A DNA stretch of 64,000 nucleotides. Source: an uncultured Clostridia bacterium. Its GTDB lineage: Bacteria; Bacillota; Clostridia; Oscillospirales; Acutalibacteraceae. Shown piece by piece: positions 29,112 to 38,358 of the stretch. The stretch lies in assembly GCA_947589415.1 (NCBI GenBank), contig CANQBP010000005.1:38553-102552 (forward strand), written 5' to 3'. Each line of letters begins with the position of its first letter. Positions within the stretch are counted from its first letter, which is position 1. The position numbers and the translations under genes were made by a program. The notes below the pieces were generated by a model, which was not told where the DNA came from, did not search any database, and worked only from the letters and a program-made list of their open reading frames with translations.

Positions 29112-29426
29112 TCAGTCGTCATGCTCCTCTAATTCTATTATTATTCGAGATGTTCTCAAATACATTATATCAAATACCTCTCCTCTTGAGGCTGCCTCCT
29201 GCATTTTGCAAAACTCATCAATCCCCATTGCCCTTCCGTATATATATCCTCCGTCCTCTATACGTATTTTGTACATTACGGTGAACTGATAATTATTTCC
29301 GTCCAATTCAAATACGGGTACAATACGTATTGAAACATAATCCCTTTCATCAATATCCGCTTTTGCCTTATCCCTTCGTGAAAACGGGTGTCCCTTTATC
29401 ATTTTTTTAGCCGTTTCTCTTGTCAT
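29112..29426 (-). CDS. Hypothetical 104-aa cytoplasmic protein, first gene of the ABC-2 operon
   Basis: An SD (GGTGAT) sits 6 nt before the ATG. There is no signal peptide, TM helix or HTH, and I recognise no family. Confidence 0.55.
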   Translation of the reverse strand: MTRETAKKMIKGHPFSRRDKAKADIDERDYVSIRIVPVFELDGNNYQFTVMYKIRIEDGGYIYGRAMGIDEFCKMQEAASRGEVFDIMYLRTSRIIIELEEHDD

Positions 29427-29548
29427 TTAATCATCACCAAGTTTTGTATAATATAAATTACAGCATATACTCTCGGCAGTATTACCTGCAATCGCAGAAA
29501 TTCAAAATCAATATCAGTACCTTGCAAACGCAGTTTCTGAAAATGAAA

Positions 29549-30229
29549 CTACTTCATTATAAGCAATTTTAATTTTTCTTTTTTATCTTTTTCTACCCTG
29601 TACGAGTCGCATATTTTTCTTATAGCCCTGTTATGCGTATCTTTATCAAAAACTTTTTGCAATAAATACTTTTCCGTTTTATCGGGAAATTTGATATAAC
29701 ATTCGGCAAATGCCCACGCAACTGCCATTGACGAATAATAGGCGGTTGTGTTTATATTTGATAATTTCTCAAGCGTATTGTCTATGTATTCATCATTGAC
29801 GTAATAACAAAGAAGCATTACCGCACCGAACCTCGCATAAAATTCCCTATCAGAATGAATATACGGCTGTAAAAAAAACCACACCATCTCACGGTTTTTG
29901 TTAGTGAATTTCAATGTAGAACAAAAACTGTCACATACCGCCCAATTATCTATAAGCGGAACAAAATCCCTTATAAGTCCGAGCCTGTCTTCTGCATTGA
30001 TCCTAAGATAACCTATAATCATACCTTTAAGCATAATCTCTTCATGGTATATATCATCACCCTCAAGTGCGGACTCACCGCAGTCTGCCGCCAATTTTTT
30101 GGCATATTGCCTCAATTTCGGAATACGCACTCCAATTATGTTATTTTTTCCGGGAATAAGGGAATTACTGAATTTTCCGAATTTATTCTCACTCATTTCA
30201 AGCAATTTTTGTCTTATTTCATCAGTCAA
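29549..30229 (-). CDS. DNA alkylation repair protein (AlkD-like HEAT-repeat family)
   Basis: The blocks GVRIPKLRQYAKKL and NWAVCDSFC are typical of the family. The TTG start overlaps the recQ stop (TTGA). Confidence 0.7.
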   Translation of the reverse strand: MTDEIRQKLLEMSENKFGKFSNSLIPGKNNIIGVRIPKLRQYAKKLAADCGESALEGDDIYHEEIMLKGMIIGYLRINAEDRLGLIRDFVPLIDNWAVCDSFCSTLKFTNKNREMVWFFLQPYIHSDREFYARFGAVMLLCYYVNDEYIDNTLEKLSNINTTAYYSSMAVAWAFAECYIKFPDKTEKYLLQKVFDKDTHNRAIRKICDSYRVEKDKKEKLKLLIMK

Positions 30230-31791
30230 TTTTTTTCAATCCCTTCGTCCCTATATGTATTTATCACTTCTAAAAGTGCATTTCCGTACTTTCGCAATTT
30301 TATTGCACCGATTTGCGCAGCTTTTGATAATTCCGCCATCGTTAAAGGCTTTTCTGCCGCAAGTGTTTTCAGAACCTTATCGTTTACTATCGAATATGAC
30401 GGTACTCCGCTTTGCACAGCGATAATTTTTACTCTTGATTTCAGTCTTGCAAACAGAACCTCATCATATTCCTCACGTTCGGGTATTAACACTCCTCTTC
30501 TCCTTATATCTATATCTTTAAGACATACACTGCAATTACCGCACGGTTTTTTTATTATTTCCCCAAAATAACCGCAAAGCATACTTCTCAGGCATACCCT
30601 ACCCGATACCGAATATTGTTTCATTTTATTAAGATCATCAAGTTCGTCCGAAATATATTTCTCTATTTCCTCGTCCGTCATGCGATCCCGTCTGCTTGCT
30701 AAGTTTTCCTCATCATTTTTTCTAAGTATGAAATAATCCCTTATAAAACGATAATCGGAATATGAATAAAGTAATATACACTCCGCCTTTTCTCCGTCAC
30801 GACCCGCACGTCCTGCCTGCTGGTAATAATCTTCCGGTCTTGGCGGCATATTATAGTGTATAACATACCGCACATCAGGCTTATCAATTCCCATTCCAAA
30901 AGCATTCGTGGCTACAATTACTTTTACTCTGTCAAAAGTAAAATCTTCTTGAAGTCTACGCCTTACATCAACACTTAATCCCGCATGATATGCTTCCGCC
31001 GGCATACCCGCCTCCCTTATTAAGGAAGCAATCTTTTCCGTCAGTTTTTGCGTCATGCAATAAATTATTCCGCTGTCGTTTCTATGACGTGTAATATAAT
31101 CAATAATAAATGAATTTTTTGTGTCGCCTCCTATACCGTTTTCCGACTCTCCGACGGGAGAATAAGTTCCGAAATACAAATTTGGTCTGTCAAATTCCAA
31201 ACATACATTATACGGATCAATAAGTTCAAGTTTCTCCACAATATCATCTCTGACCTTTGAGTTTGCAGTTGCCGTGAAAGCCGCAATAACGGGACGTTGT
31301 TTCAGCTTTGAACAGAAATCCGCTATTTTTTGATAACCCGGTCTGAATTCCCTGCCCCATATTGATATACAATGAGCTTCATCGACAGCAATAAACGATA
31401 TATCGGAATTTTTTGCAAACTCAATAAAACGCCTGCTTTCAAGCCTTTCGGGGGCAACATATATTATTTTATATGCCCCTTTTGAAGCCCTGCTCATAGC
31501 TAATTCGATCATTGACGGTGTAAGCGAACTGTTTATATAGGCTGCCGGTATTCCTGCGGTTTTAAGTATGCGGACTTGATCCTGCATAAGGGATATAAGC
31601 GGGGATATTACAAGTGTGATACCGGGCATTGAAACCGCCGGTATTTGATAACAAATTGATTTTCCCGATCCTGTCGGCATTATTGCACAAACATCTCTTC
31701 CGCATAATATATTTCTTATTATATCCTCTTGACCTGTCCGAAAGCTGTCATAACCGTAATACTTTTTCAGTAAACCATATATATCAATCAA
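30226..31791 (-). CDS. recQ: ATP-dependent DNA helicase RecQ (short form with HRDC)
   Basis: MPTGSGKS, DEAHCIS, ATNAFGMGIDKPDVR, a Zn site CGYFGE...CGNCSVC and a C-terminal HRDC. The TTG start overlaps the upstream gene by 8 nt. Confidence 0.93.
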   Translation of the reverse strand: MIDIYGLLKKYYGYDSFRTGQEDIIRNILCGRDVCAIMPTGSGKSICYQIPAVSMPGITLVISPLISLMQDQVRILKTAGIPAAYINSSLTPSMIELAMSRASKGAYKIIYVAPERLESRRFIEFAKNSDISFIAVDEAHCISIWGREFRPGYQKIADFCSKLKQRPVIAAFTATANSKVRDDIVEKLELIDPYNVCLEFDRPNLYFGTYSPVGESENGIGGDTKNSFIIDYITRHRNDSGIIYCMTQKLTEKIASLIREAGMPAEAYHAGLSVDVRRRLQEDFTFDRVKVIVATNAFGMGIDKPDVRYVIHYNMPPRPEDYYQQAGRAGRDGEKAECILLYSYSDYRFIRDYFILRKNDEENLASRRDRMTDEEIEKYISDELDDLNKMKQYSVSGRVCLRSMLCGYFGEIIKKPCGNCSVCLKDIDIRRRGVLIPEREEYDEVLFARLKSRVKIIAVQSGVPSYSIVNDKVLKTLAAEKPLTMAELSKAAQIGAIKLRKYGNALLEVINTYRDEGIEKN

Positions 31792-32119
31792 AAAATATCC
31801 ACTCTCCGAAAATATCAGTATCTGCCCGTTTATATTTATCTGCCTCTATTTTATCCCCGAAAATCATCATATCATTATTCGATATGAGGCTTAACTTTTT
31901 GTGCCTTGTCAGATGTTTTATCCTGTATTCGAGTTTCAAAGCGCAAGTTTTATCCTCACTTATCCAGACCGCCGCAATTTTTTTTGCTCCATGAGAACGT
32001 GTGTATTTTGCACACCTTGAAGTCCTGTTAAAATGCTCCGCCATGCGTTTTTTTATATCTTTCGCTATGCCGGTATAAATACTCCCGTCCTTACAGTAAA
32101 GCATATATGTGTAATACAT
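31784..32119 (-). CDS. GIY-YIG nuclease family protein (UPF0213-like)
   Basis: YYTYMLYCKDGSIYTGIAKDIKKRMAEH is the GIY-YIG core. The ATG shares one base with the upstream TGA (TGATG); a GTG alternative lies at 32122. Confidence 0.8.
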   Translation of the reverse strand: MYYTYMLYCKDGSIYTGIAKDIKKRMAEHFNRTSRCAKYTRSHGAKKIAAVWISEDKTCALKLEYRIKHLTRHKKLSLISNNDMMIFGDKIEADKYKRADTDIFGEWIFFD

Positions 32120-32487
32120 CACTTTCCCTCAAGCAGCTTTCGCTCTTTATTTACTTCATCGAAAAGCTCTGCTCCGCACCACTCCGAATTGGAAGGGGTA
32201 ACAACCGCTTTTAATATGTCACGTCCGAAACCTGCTTTTCTCATTACAAGGATAAGCCTGTCTATATCGGAACTGCCAAAGCCCCCCATTACAACAAGTC
32301 TGTCCGAAAATTCCCCATGGTACTCTCTTTTTTCGGAATTATGCGTAATTCCCGAAAGATACCCGACAGGCAGGAAAATATCATCTCCGTCTACTACTTT
32401 TATACAGAAATGCAGCGGCATTATTGCCCTTTTCAGCACCGATAGTTCCCTCTCATCAAAATTATACAATAACACTGTCTTTTTCAT
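32119..32487 (-). CDS. Small conserved hypothetical protein (DUF3783-like, recollection only)
   Basis: 122 aa beginning MKKTVLLYNFDERELSVLKRAI. An SD (GGAG) precedes the ATG, which is 24 nt after the lepA stop. Confidence 0.5.
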   Translation of the reverse strand: MKKTVLLYNFDERELSVLKRAIMPLHFCIKVVDGDDIFLPVGYLSGITHNSEKREYHGEFSDRLVVMGGFGSSDIDRLILVMRKAGFGRDILKAVVTPSNSEWCGAELFDEVNKERKLLEGK

Positions 32488-32511
32488 TTTCTTACACTCC
32501 GCTGTATAATA

Positions 32512-34326
32512 TCAACTGTCGCTGTCCAATTTAAGCACAGCCATGAATGCCTCTTGAGGGACTTCCACAGAACCGAGTTGGCGCATACGTTTTTTGCCCT
32601 CTTTCTGCTTTTCAAGCAGTTTTTTCTTACGAGTAATATCTCCCCCGTAGCATTTTGCAAGAACGTCTTTGCGCAAAGCCTTTACAGTTTCTCTTGCTAT
32701 GATTTTTCCGCCTATACAAGCCTGTATAGGTACTTCAAACAGTTGTCTCGGAATTTTCTCTTTCAGCTTTTCCGCCATTTTTCTTGCTCTTGCATATGCC
32801 TTGTCGGCATGAATTATAAATGACAAAGCATCAACCGTTTCCCCGTTTAACATTATATCGAGTTTAACGAGTTTTGACTGCTGATAACCCGTAAGTTCAT
32901 AGTCAAATGAAGCATATCCCCTCGTGCGGGATTTAAGCGTATCAAAAAAATCATATATAATCTCTGCAAGCGGCAAATCATAGTGTATGTCTACCCTATC
33001 GGCATCAATATATTTCATGTCACGGAAAGTTCCGCGTCTGTCCTGACAAAGTTCCATTATATTTCCCACATATTCGCTCGGTGCATATATATGTGCCTCC
33101 GTCATAGGTTCTTCAGCCATTGCCACAGTACCCGAATCGGGATAATTTGTCGGATTATCTATCATTTCTACCGTACCGTCATTTTTTGTTATTCTGTATA
33201 TTACACTTGGCGCAGTTGTGATAAGGTCAAGGTTATATTCTCTTTCAAGTCGCTCCTGTATTATCTCCATGTGGAGAAGTCCGAGAAATCCGCAGCGGAA
33301 ACCGAAACCGAGAGCGATAGACGTTTCGGGTTCAAACGAAAGCGAAGCATCGTTAAGTTCCAGTTTTTCCAATGCATCACGAAGATCACCGTATTTTGCT
33401 CCGTCAGCGGGGTATATTCCGCTGAAAACCATCGGCTGAACGGCACGATAACCGGGAAGCGGACTTTCAGCCGGTCTGTCTGCGAGTGTAACAGTATCCC
33501 CCACACGGGCATCGCTTACGGTTTTTATTGATGCCGCTATGTAACCGACCTCTCCCGCATATAGTGCTTCGGACGGTTCAAGACTTGTGGCACGCATAAA
33601 CCCAAGCTCTGCAACGGTAAATTCCGAGCCTGTTGCCATCAGCTTTATTGTGTCACCGACATGAATTTGACCCTCTTTCAGCCTTACATATATTATGACA
33701 CCCTTATAACTGTCATAATAAGAATCAAAAATAAGTGCTTGAAGCGGCTTACCGCTGTCGCCCTGCGGCGGAGGTACCAGCTTTACTATCTGTTCCATTA
33801 CCTCATGTATATTTATTCCCATTTTTGCCGAAACACACGGTGCCTCGTCTGCGGGCAGACCTATGACATCTTCTATTTCTTTCTTGACCTTTTCAGGGTC
33901 GGCACTCGGCAAATCTATCTTATTTATTACGGGAACAATCTCAAGACCCGCATCAAGTGCAAGGTAGGTATTTGCAAGCGTCTGAGCCTCTATACCTTGT
34001 GAAGCGTCAACAATAAGCACCGCACCCTCACAAGCCGCAAGTGAGCGTGAAACTTCGTAATTAAAATCCACATGACCCGGAGTATCTATAAGGTTAAATA
34101 TATATTGCTCACCGTCATCCGCATTATAGAGTAAAGTTACGGCGTGTGCCTTAATTGTAATGCCTCTTTCCCGCTCAAGCTCCATATTATCAAGAAGCTG
34201 ATTTTCCATATCCCTTACTGCCACGGATTTCGTCTGTTCAAGTATCCTGTCGGCAAGAGTTGACTTACCATGGTCAATATGAGCTATAATACTAAAATTT
34301 CTTATTTTTTCTCTATCAAAAGCCAT
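32512..34326 (-). CDS. lepA: Elongation factor 4 (LepA)
   Basis: [30 protein letters not shown] and the LepA-specific C-terminal domain. The start at MAFDREK has GGGTGA 5 nt upstream. Confidence 0.96.
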   Translation of the reverse strand: MAFDREKIRNFSIIAHIDHGKSTLADRILEQTKSVAVRDMENQLLDNMELERERGITIKAHAVTLLYNADDGEQYIFNLIDTPGHVDFNYEVSRSLAACEGAVLIVDASQGIEAQTLANTYLALDAGLEIVPVINKIDLPSADPEKVKKEIEDVIGLPADEAPCVSAKMGINIHEVMEQIVKLVPPPQGDSGKPLQALIFDSYYDSYKGVIIYVRLKEGQIHVGDTIKLMATGSEFTVAELGFMRATSLEPSEALYAGEVGYIAASIKTVSDARVGDTVTLADRPAESPLPGYRAVQPMVFSGIYPADGAKYGDLRDALEKLELNDASLSFEPETSIALGFGFRCGFLGLLHMEIIQERLEREYNLDLITTAPSVIYRITKNDGTVEMIDNPTNYPDSGTVAMAEEPMTEAHIYAPSEYVGNIMELCQDRRGTFRDMKYIDADRVDIHYDLPLAEIIYDFFDTLKSRTRGYASFDYELTGYQQSKLVKLDIMLNGETVDALSFIIHADKAYARARKMAEKLKEKIPRQLFEVPIQACIGGKIIARETVKALRKDVLAKCYGGDITRKKKLLEKQKEGKKRMRQLGSVEVPQEAFMAVLKLDSDS

Positions 34327-34370
34327 TTTTTCACCCACTAAAAAATCATGTCTGAATTTACATCAAGCAT

Positions 34371-34398
34371 ATTATAACACAAATTTAATGCTTAGCAA
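34371..34398 (-). promoter_or_regulatory. Promoter of lepA
   Basis: The minus strand reads TTGCTA (34398-34393), a 16-nt spacer, then TGtTATAAT (-10 at 34376-34371). Confidence 0.45.
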
Positions 34399-34518
34399 AG
34401 GATATTATCAAAAAAATCGTTCCATACCGCTAAACAGTTTATAGCCCCGACTGTATTGTTTATAATTTACTGCATCGAAAATCAAATATTGTACCATACA
34501 GTCGTATTATTATTAAGC

Positions 34519-34545
34519 GGGGGCTGCCCTTTGAGAGCAGCCCCC
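34519..34545 (-). terminator. GC-rich hairpin after the ATP-grasp gene
   Basis: GGGGGCTGC (34519-34527) / GCAGCCCCC (34537-34545) with a 9-nt loop. The flanks are AT-rich but there is no clean T-run. Confidence 0.5.
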
Positions 34546-34617
34546 TATAATTTTATGCCATATCTTAAGCAAACCTCCGTTACGGCATAATACGGTTTTC
34601 GTGTTATAAAAATTGTA

Positions 34618-35787
34618 TTAAATCTCGATACCTAAATACTCACAAATATCCGACTTGAGAGGGCCGCACCAGAACTGTTGGAAAAGCTGCGGACGCCCGT
34701 TAGCCTCCACAAGCACCCAACCGTCATCAGTATGTGCCAAATCCCAACCTATCCATCTTACATCAGGCAATTTACCGGAAAGTTCTTTCAAAAGTGAGAG
34801 TGCCCCGTCCCAATCGGGAAGCTGCATACCCTCAAACCTGACACCGCTATCGGGGTGAGTCACAAACTGTTCCTTGTACTCCGTAAAGCCGTGAGAAATA
34901 ACCCTGCCTGTTTTATTGTCGATCTGAGCGCATAATCCTCCCCCGGCAGCATTGTCGATAAAAGAATTATTTCTGCCCGCTCTGAGCGTACAATAATCAA
35001 TATTGAGTTTGCCGTTGTTAATAAAAGTAAGACATCTTATTGTATTAACGGACGATTTATTGACAGACATCATAAGATCGGACTGTTTTATAACTTCCTC
35101 AAGAATATATTCATCGTCCTCACGGAGCTTTTTGAAATACTCTTCCGGTGTTTCTGATACCTCATTAAAGTCGACCAGCTTTACGCCCATTCCGCAGTTC
35201 TTTCTTACATTCTTTTGAACAAATACGGGGTACTTACTTATAAACTTCTTGAACTTGTCAAAGTCGCTGTCACTTCTGATAATGACCGTTTCACGCTTAA
35301 AATATTCACCGAATTTTTCATAACATATACTCTTATCCCTTGCATAGCTTATATCATAAACATCATTAACCATATAGCTTATGAGCAGCCTGTCCCTGTT
35401 TGACACATATTTTCTTTTTTCATCAGGTGTTCTCTTGTTTATTTCAAGGAAAAAATATTCATCGGGCAGAAAGCCGTATGCATAATAGCAAAATATAATA
35501 TCTTCCTTAAATTCCTCTATGTCTATACCGCTTTTTTCGGAAAAGTCTTTTATTTTATTTGTAAGTGATTTAAAATGCTTTTCATTCATTTTTACATACT
35601 TTTTTACTGTTTCCCGCTTACTTGCCTTTCCTGTTTCAACATCACTTATATCCTTTTTGCTCATCGCATATCTCAAAAGTTTTTTAATTAAAAGGAAATT
35701 TATAATTTTCCTTACCGGTTTAATGTTCTTTCCGTATTTCAGTGCATACTCTTCAAGTGTTTCACTTCTCATTTCCATTCTCCTCAT
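34618..35787 (-). CDS. ATP-grasp protein of the sugar-transfer-associated (TupA-like) type
   Basis: C-terminal blocks VFVQKNVRKNCGMGV, LEEVIKQ, NTIRCLTF, FIDNAAGGGLCAQID and IGWDLAHTDDGWVLVEANGRPQ fit an ATP-grasp fold. The N-terminal YGFLPDEYFFLEINKRTPDEKRKYVS block is typical of the family. Confidence 0.6.
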   Translation of the reverse strand: MRRMEMRSETLEEYALKYGKNIKPVRKIINFLLIKKLLRYAMSKKDISDVETGKASKRETVKKYVKMNEKHFKSLTNKIKDFSEKSGIDIEEFKEDIIFCYYAYGFLPDEYFFLEINKRTPDEKRKYVSNRDRLLISYMVNDVYDISYARDKSICYEKFGEYFKRETVIIRSDSDFDKFKKFISKYPVFVQKNVRKNCGMGVKLVDFNEVSETPEEYFKKLREDDEYILEEVIKQSDLMMSVNKSSVNTIRCLTFINNGKLNIDYCTLRAGRNNSFIDNAAGGGLCAQIDNKTGRVISHGFTEYKEQFVTHPDSGVRFEGMQLPDWDGALSLLKELSGKLPDVRWIGWDLAHTDDGWVLVEANGRPQLFQQFWCGPLKSDICEYLGIEI

Positions 35788-35881
35788 AAATAATATATTT
35801 AATTCTACGCTATGGATAACTCAACACTAAGGTAATATAAAAAACCGTTTTTTCCGTACTAAAAAAACAAAAACAGAAGAA

Positions 35882-37291
35882 TTATACCTTTTTAATTTTT
35901 TTGCGGATTTTTTTCAAAATATTTTTTATAAGATCACGGTTTACAAAATAAGCGAAAACAACGCTGATAACAACATTAAGTATGTTCAAATAGAAATTAT
36001 TTATCCAACAAATAAAGCTAATGAATATAAGCACACAAAGATACAACAGCATCTTTTTTACATCATACTTAATATTATTGTATTTTCTTATATTTATCAT
36101 TCTATATACAACAAGAAACAAATAGCTTACCACAGTAGATACAGATGCCGCATATACCCCTATAACATTTATGAGTGCTAAATCTATCACAATATTCAGC
36201 ACAGCGGAAATCGTGGTAGTTACTCCCATATTTTTAGTTCTTTTATTGGCAACATATATGCCGCCGAGGAACGACGAAAAAATGGAAAACAGAAAACCGA
36301 AATAAAGAATGGGCATTTGTTCGTATGCTGCCCCGTAATCACCCTTTATAAGAATGGCAAATATAACAGGTGTCATTGAAATAAGCACAGCCGTAAACCC
36401 TGCAAGCAGCCTCGACATCATATCCGACATAGACGTATAATACTCGTCCTGATCACTGTCTTTTGAGGCAATAGATGCATTTTCCTGCCATGCATACGAA
36501 AACGTGTTCTGCACCAGCGAAAGCAGCGACGGTATTTTATTTGCAACCGCATAAATCGCAGTCTTTTCAATTCCCAAGAAATACGAAATCACTGCTCGAT
36601 CGGAAACCCTAAGTACCCAATCCGAAAGAACCCAAGGAATAAGCGGCCAAGAATATGCAAGCAATTCTTTAATTTTTGCTTTAGACAGCAGCTTTAAGTT
36701 AATATGAGAGAAGATACGTCCCCCGATTGCCAACATTATGACACTTGACGCCAATGCCGTAATGAACGAGAACAATAATCCTATAAGACCCTGTTTAGCA
36801 AATTTTATCGTCACAACCACAAAAATCATGTCCAAACAGGCTTGCAGCACTGCACTTACCGAATACAGTTTATTATAGGAAAGACCTCTTACAATCTGTC
36901 GCATAGACAGCACTATAATATCAATAAAGAAATAAAAGCAAATAAGTATTCGCAATATAAAATCCAGTTTATACAGACAAAAGAACACAATAACCAGGGA
37001 GCATATTGACGATACACCCACAAAACACATAATATTTGTGATTATTTTGTCGGTTTCTTCTTTATTTCCACGGCAATCAACAAGAAATCTGAAAGCAGCC
37101 GCTTGAATTTGTAATGTCACAAAAGGCATAACCAGCGACACAAGATTTAAAATCAAATCATAAGTTCCGTATTCCGATTGTGTAAGTCCCGCCGTCACTA
37201 TCGGCAACGTAATAAAGCTGGTGAGCTTCGGTAAAAATGTACCTATTGATATTATAAATGTATTTTTCGCAAGTGCCTTTTTTCGGTTCAT
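35882..37291 (-). CDS. Oligosaccharide/polysaccharide flippase (MOP/Wzx superfamily)
   Basis: About 14 TM helices. MNRKKALAKNTFIISIGTFLPKL is a typical Wzx-type N-terminus. An SD (GGAGGG) precedes the ATG at 37291. Confidence 0.75.
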   Translation of the reverse strand: MNRKKALAKNTFIISIGTFLPKLTSFITLPIVTAGLTQSEYGTYDLILNLVSLVMPFVTLQIQAAAFRFLVDCRGNKEETDKIITNIMCFVGVSSICSLVIVFFCLYKLDFILRILICFYFFIDIIVLSMRQIVRGLSYNKLYSVSAVLQACLDMIFVVVTIKFAKQGLIGLLFSFITALASSVIMLAIGGRIFSHINLKLLSKAKIKELLAYSWPLIPWVLSDWVLRVSDRAVISYFLGIEKTAIYAVANKIPSLLSLVQNTFSYAWQENASIASKDSDQDEYYTSMSDMMSRLLAGFTAVLISMTPVIFAILIKGDYGAAYEQMPILYFGFLFSIFSSFLGGIYVANKRTKNMGVTTTISAVLNIVIDLALINVIGVYAASVSTVVSYLFLVVYRMINIRKYNNIKYDVKKMLLYLCVLIFISFICWINNFYLNILNVVISVVFAYFVNRDLIKNILKKIRKKIKKV

Positions 37292-37427
37292 TCTCCACCC
37301 TCCGCTCATTTTAAATTCATTCGCAAACTTTCCTCAAACAAAAATCAAAAAACTTTCCAACGAACCCGATATAAATTACGGAACATAAAATCTTCTATTT
37401 TATTTTTATACTTTCCGGGGTAAAATA

Positions 37428-38300
37428 CTATATCCGTTTTCGGAATTTTTGCGGATAAAAATATATCCCCAACGGAACAGCACAACCGACTACTGTATAC
37501 ACAATCAGTGGTACAATCCCCAATTGATCATTCAGTCCGAAACGGGTCAGCACTAACCGAACCGCCGCAATCACAAGAGTATGAAGCACATATACAGGCA
37601 ATGGATTTTTCCCGCATTATGGCAATTCCCCCGGAAACATCTGCCAACAATACACGTTTACCCACATCAGTCACCCGGATACAAATAAATGCTCACATAC
37701 CCGCATATAACAGCACCCGCATACTTATCATATCGTACCCATATCTCACAAAATACCATAATACGGCAAAATTCCCAAAAAATAAACCATTCCACCGTAA
37801 GATAAAAAAATACAACTTATTAAACCAACATTGCCTATTGTATCATAGGCTCTATTATAAGTCAATACCAATACCAAAAATATTCTTACAAATAAACCAC
37901 AGAGAAACGCAATGTTTTGTTGATTTTTGCAAAGTCAAACACATATTATGAAAAAATACTTACCGATCTGTTTTAAAAAATATAATATTTATCAACAAAT
38001 AAAAACAATGCGTACAAGCAGAAACACACAAAATATGTATTAAAACGGCACTGTTATATTAACAGCCTGCACCTGCCGGTCAATACAATAAAAAAACTTT
38101 CGCCTAAATTCAATAATATATATTCGGTGCGTTTCTTGGGACAGTTTCATCATTATTCTTGCAAAACAAATTACACACATTATTGGTGCTATGCTTATAA
38201 TAACAGATTTATTTGATACCGTTTTATCAGCGGAACACACAATTTTAAAAATTTTTTATAACAATTTCTCCAAAAATATAAGAGGGAACATCAATTTGCA
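37428..38300 (-). pseudogene. Decayed acyltransferase-3 (membrane O-acyltransferase) gene
   Basis: Minus-strand fragments lie in three frames. One has an FFIVLTG-type block (YILLNLGESFFIVLTGRC). Others are hydrophobic pieces (LYFFILRWNGLFFGNFAVLWYF...). The C-terminal stretch WQMFPGELP*CGKNPLPVYVLHTLVIAAVRLV...IYFYPQKFRKRI* carries an in-frame TAA at 37617-37619. There is no intact ORF. Confidence 0.55.
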
Positions 38301-38313
38301 TGAGTCCCCTCTT
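38280..38313 (-). terminator. Terminator after the protease gene
   Basis: The minus strand reads AAGAGGG, a 19-nt loop, CCCTCTT, then ATATTTTTGG. Confidence 0.45.
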
Positions 38314-38358
38314 TAAAAATCAATTTTCAATTATAAATGTATCCTATATGAAAAACAT

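Noticed and set aside
29531-29545. CodY-box-like 15-mer cAGTTTCTGAAAATg (12 of 15 matches to AATTTTCWGAAAATT) between the AlkD-like stop and the ABC-2 operon promoter region.
   Set aside because: There are three mismatches, including flank positions, and AT-rich context makes such matches common. It doubles as a weak 6-bp hairpin right after a stop codon. It is not reportable without genome-wide statistics.
34339-35881. The ATP-grasp gene plus a transporter could have been a graspetide (RiPP) cluster with a small precursor ORF.
   Set aside because: The ATP-grasp protein reads as the sugar-transfer-associated type. The flanking gaps contain only 9-29-aa ORFs with no SD and no Thr/Ser/Asp/Glu-rich core. 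The neighbouring transporter is a Wzx flippase.
37508-37951. 147-aa plus-strand ORF in the gap between the flippase and the protease.
   Set aside because: The composition is biased (P/T/N/H/I-rich) and there is no SD. It is the antisense of the decayed acyltransferase-3 fragments, which explain the region better.
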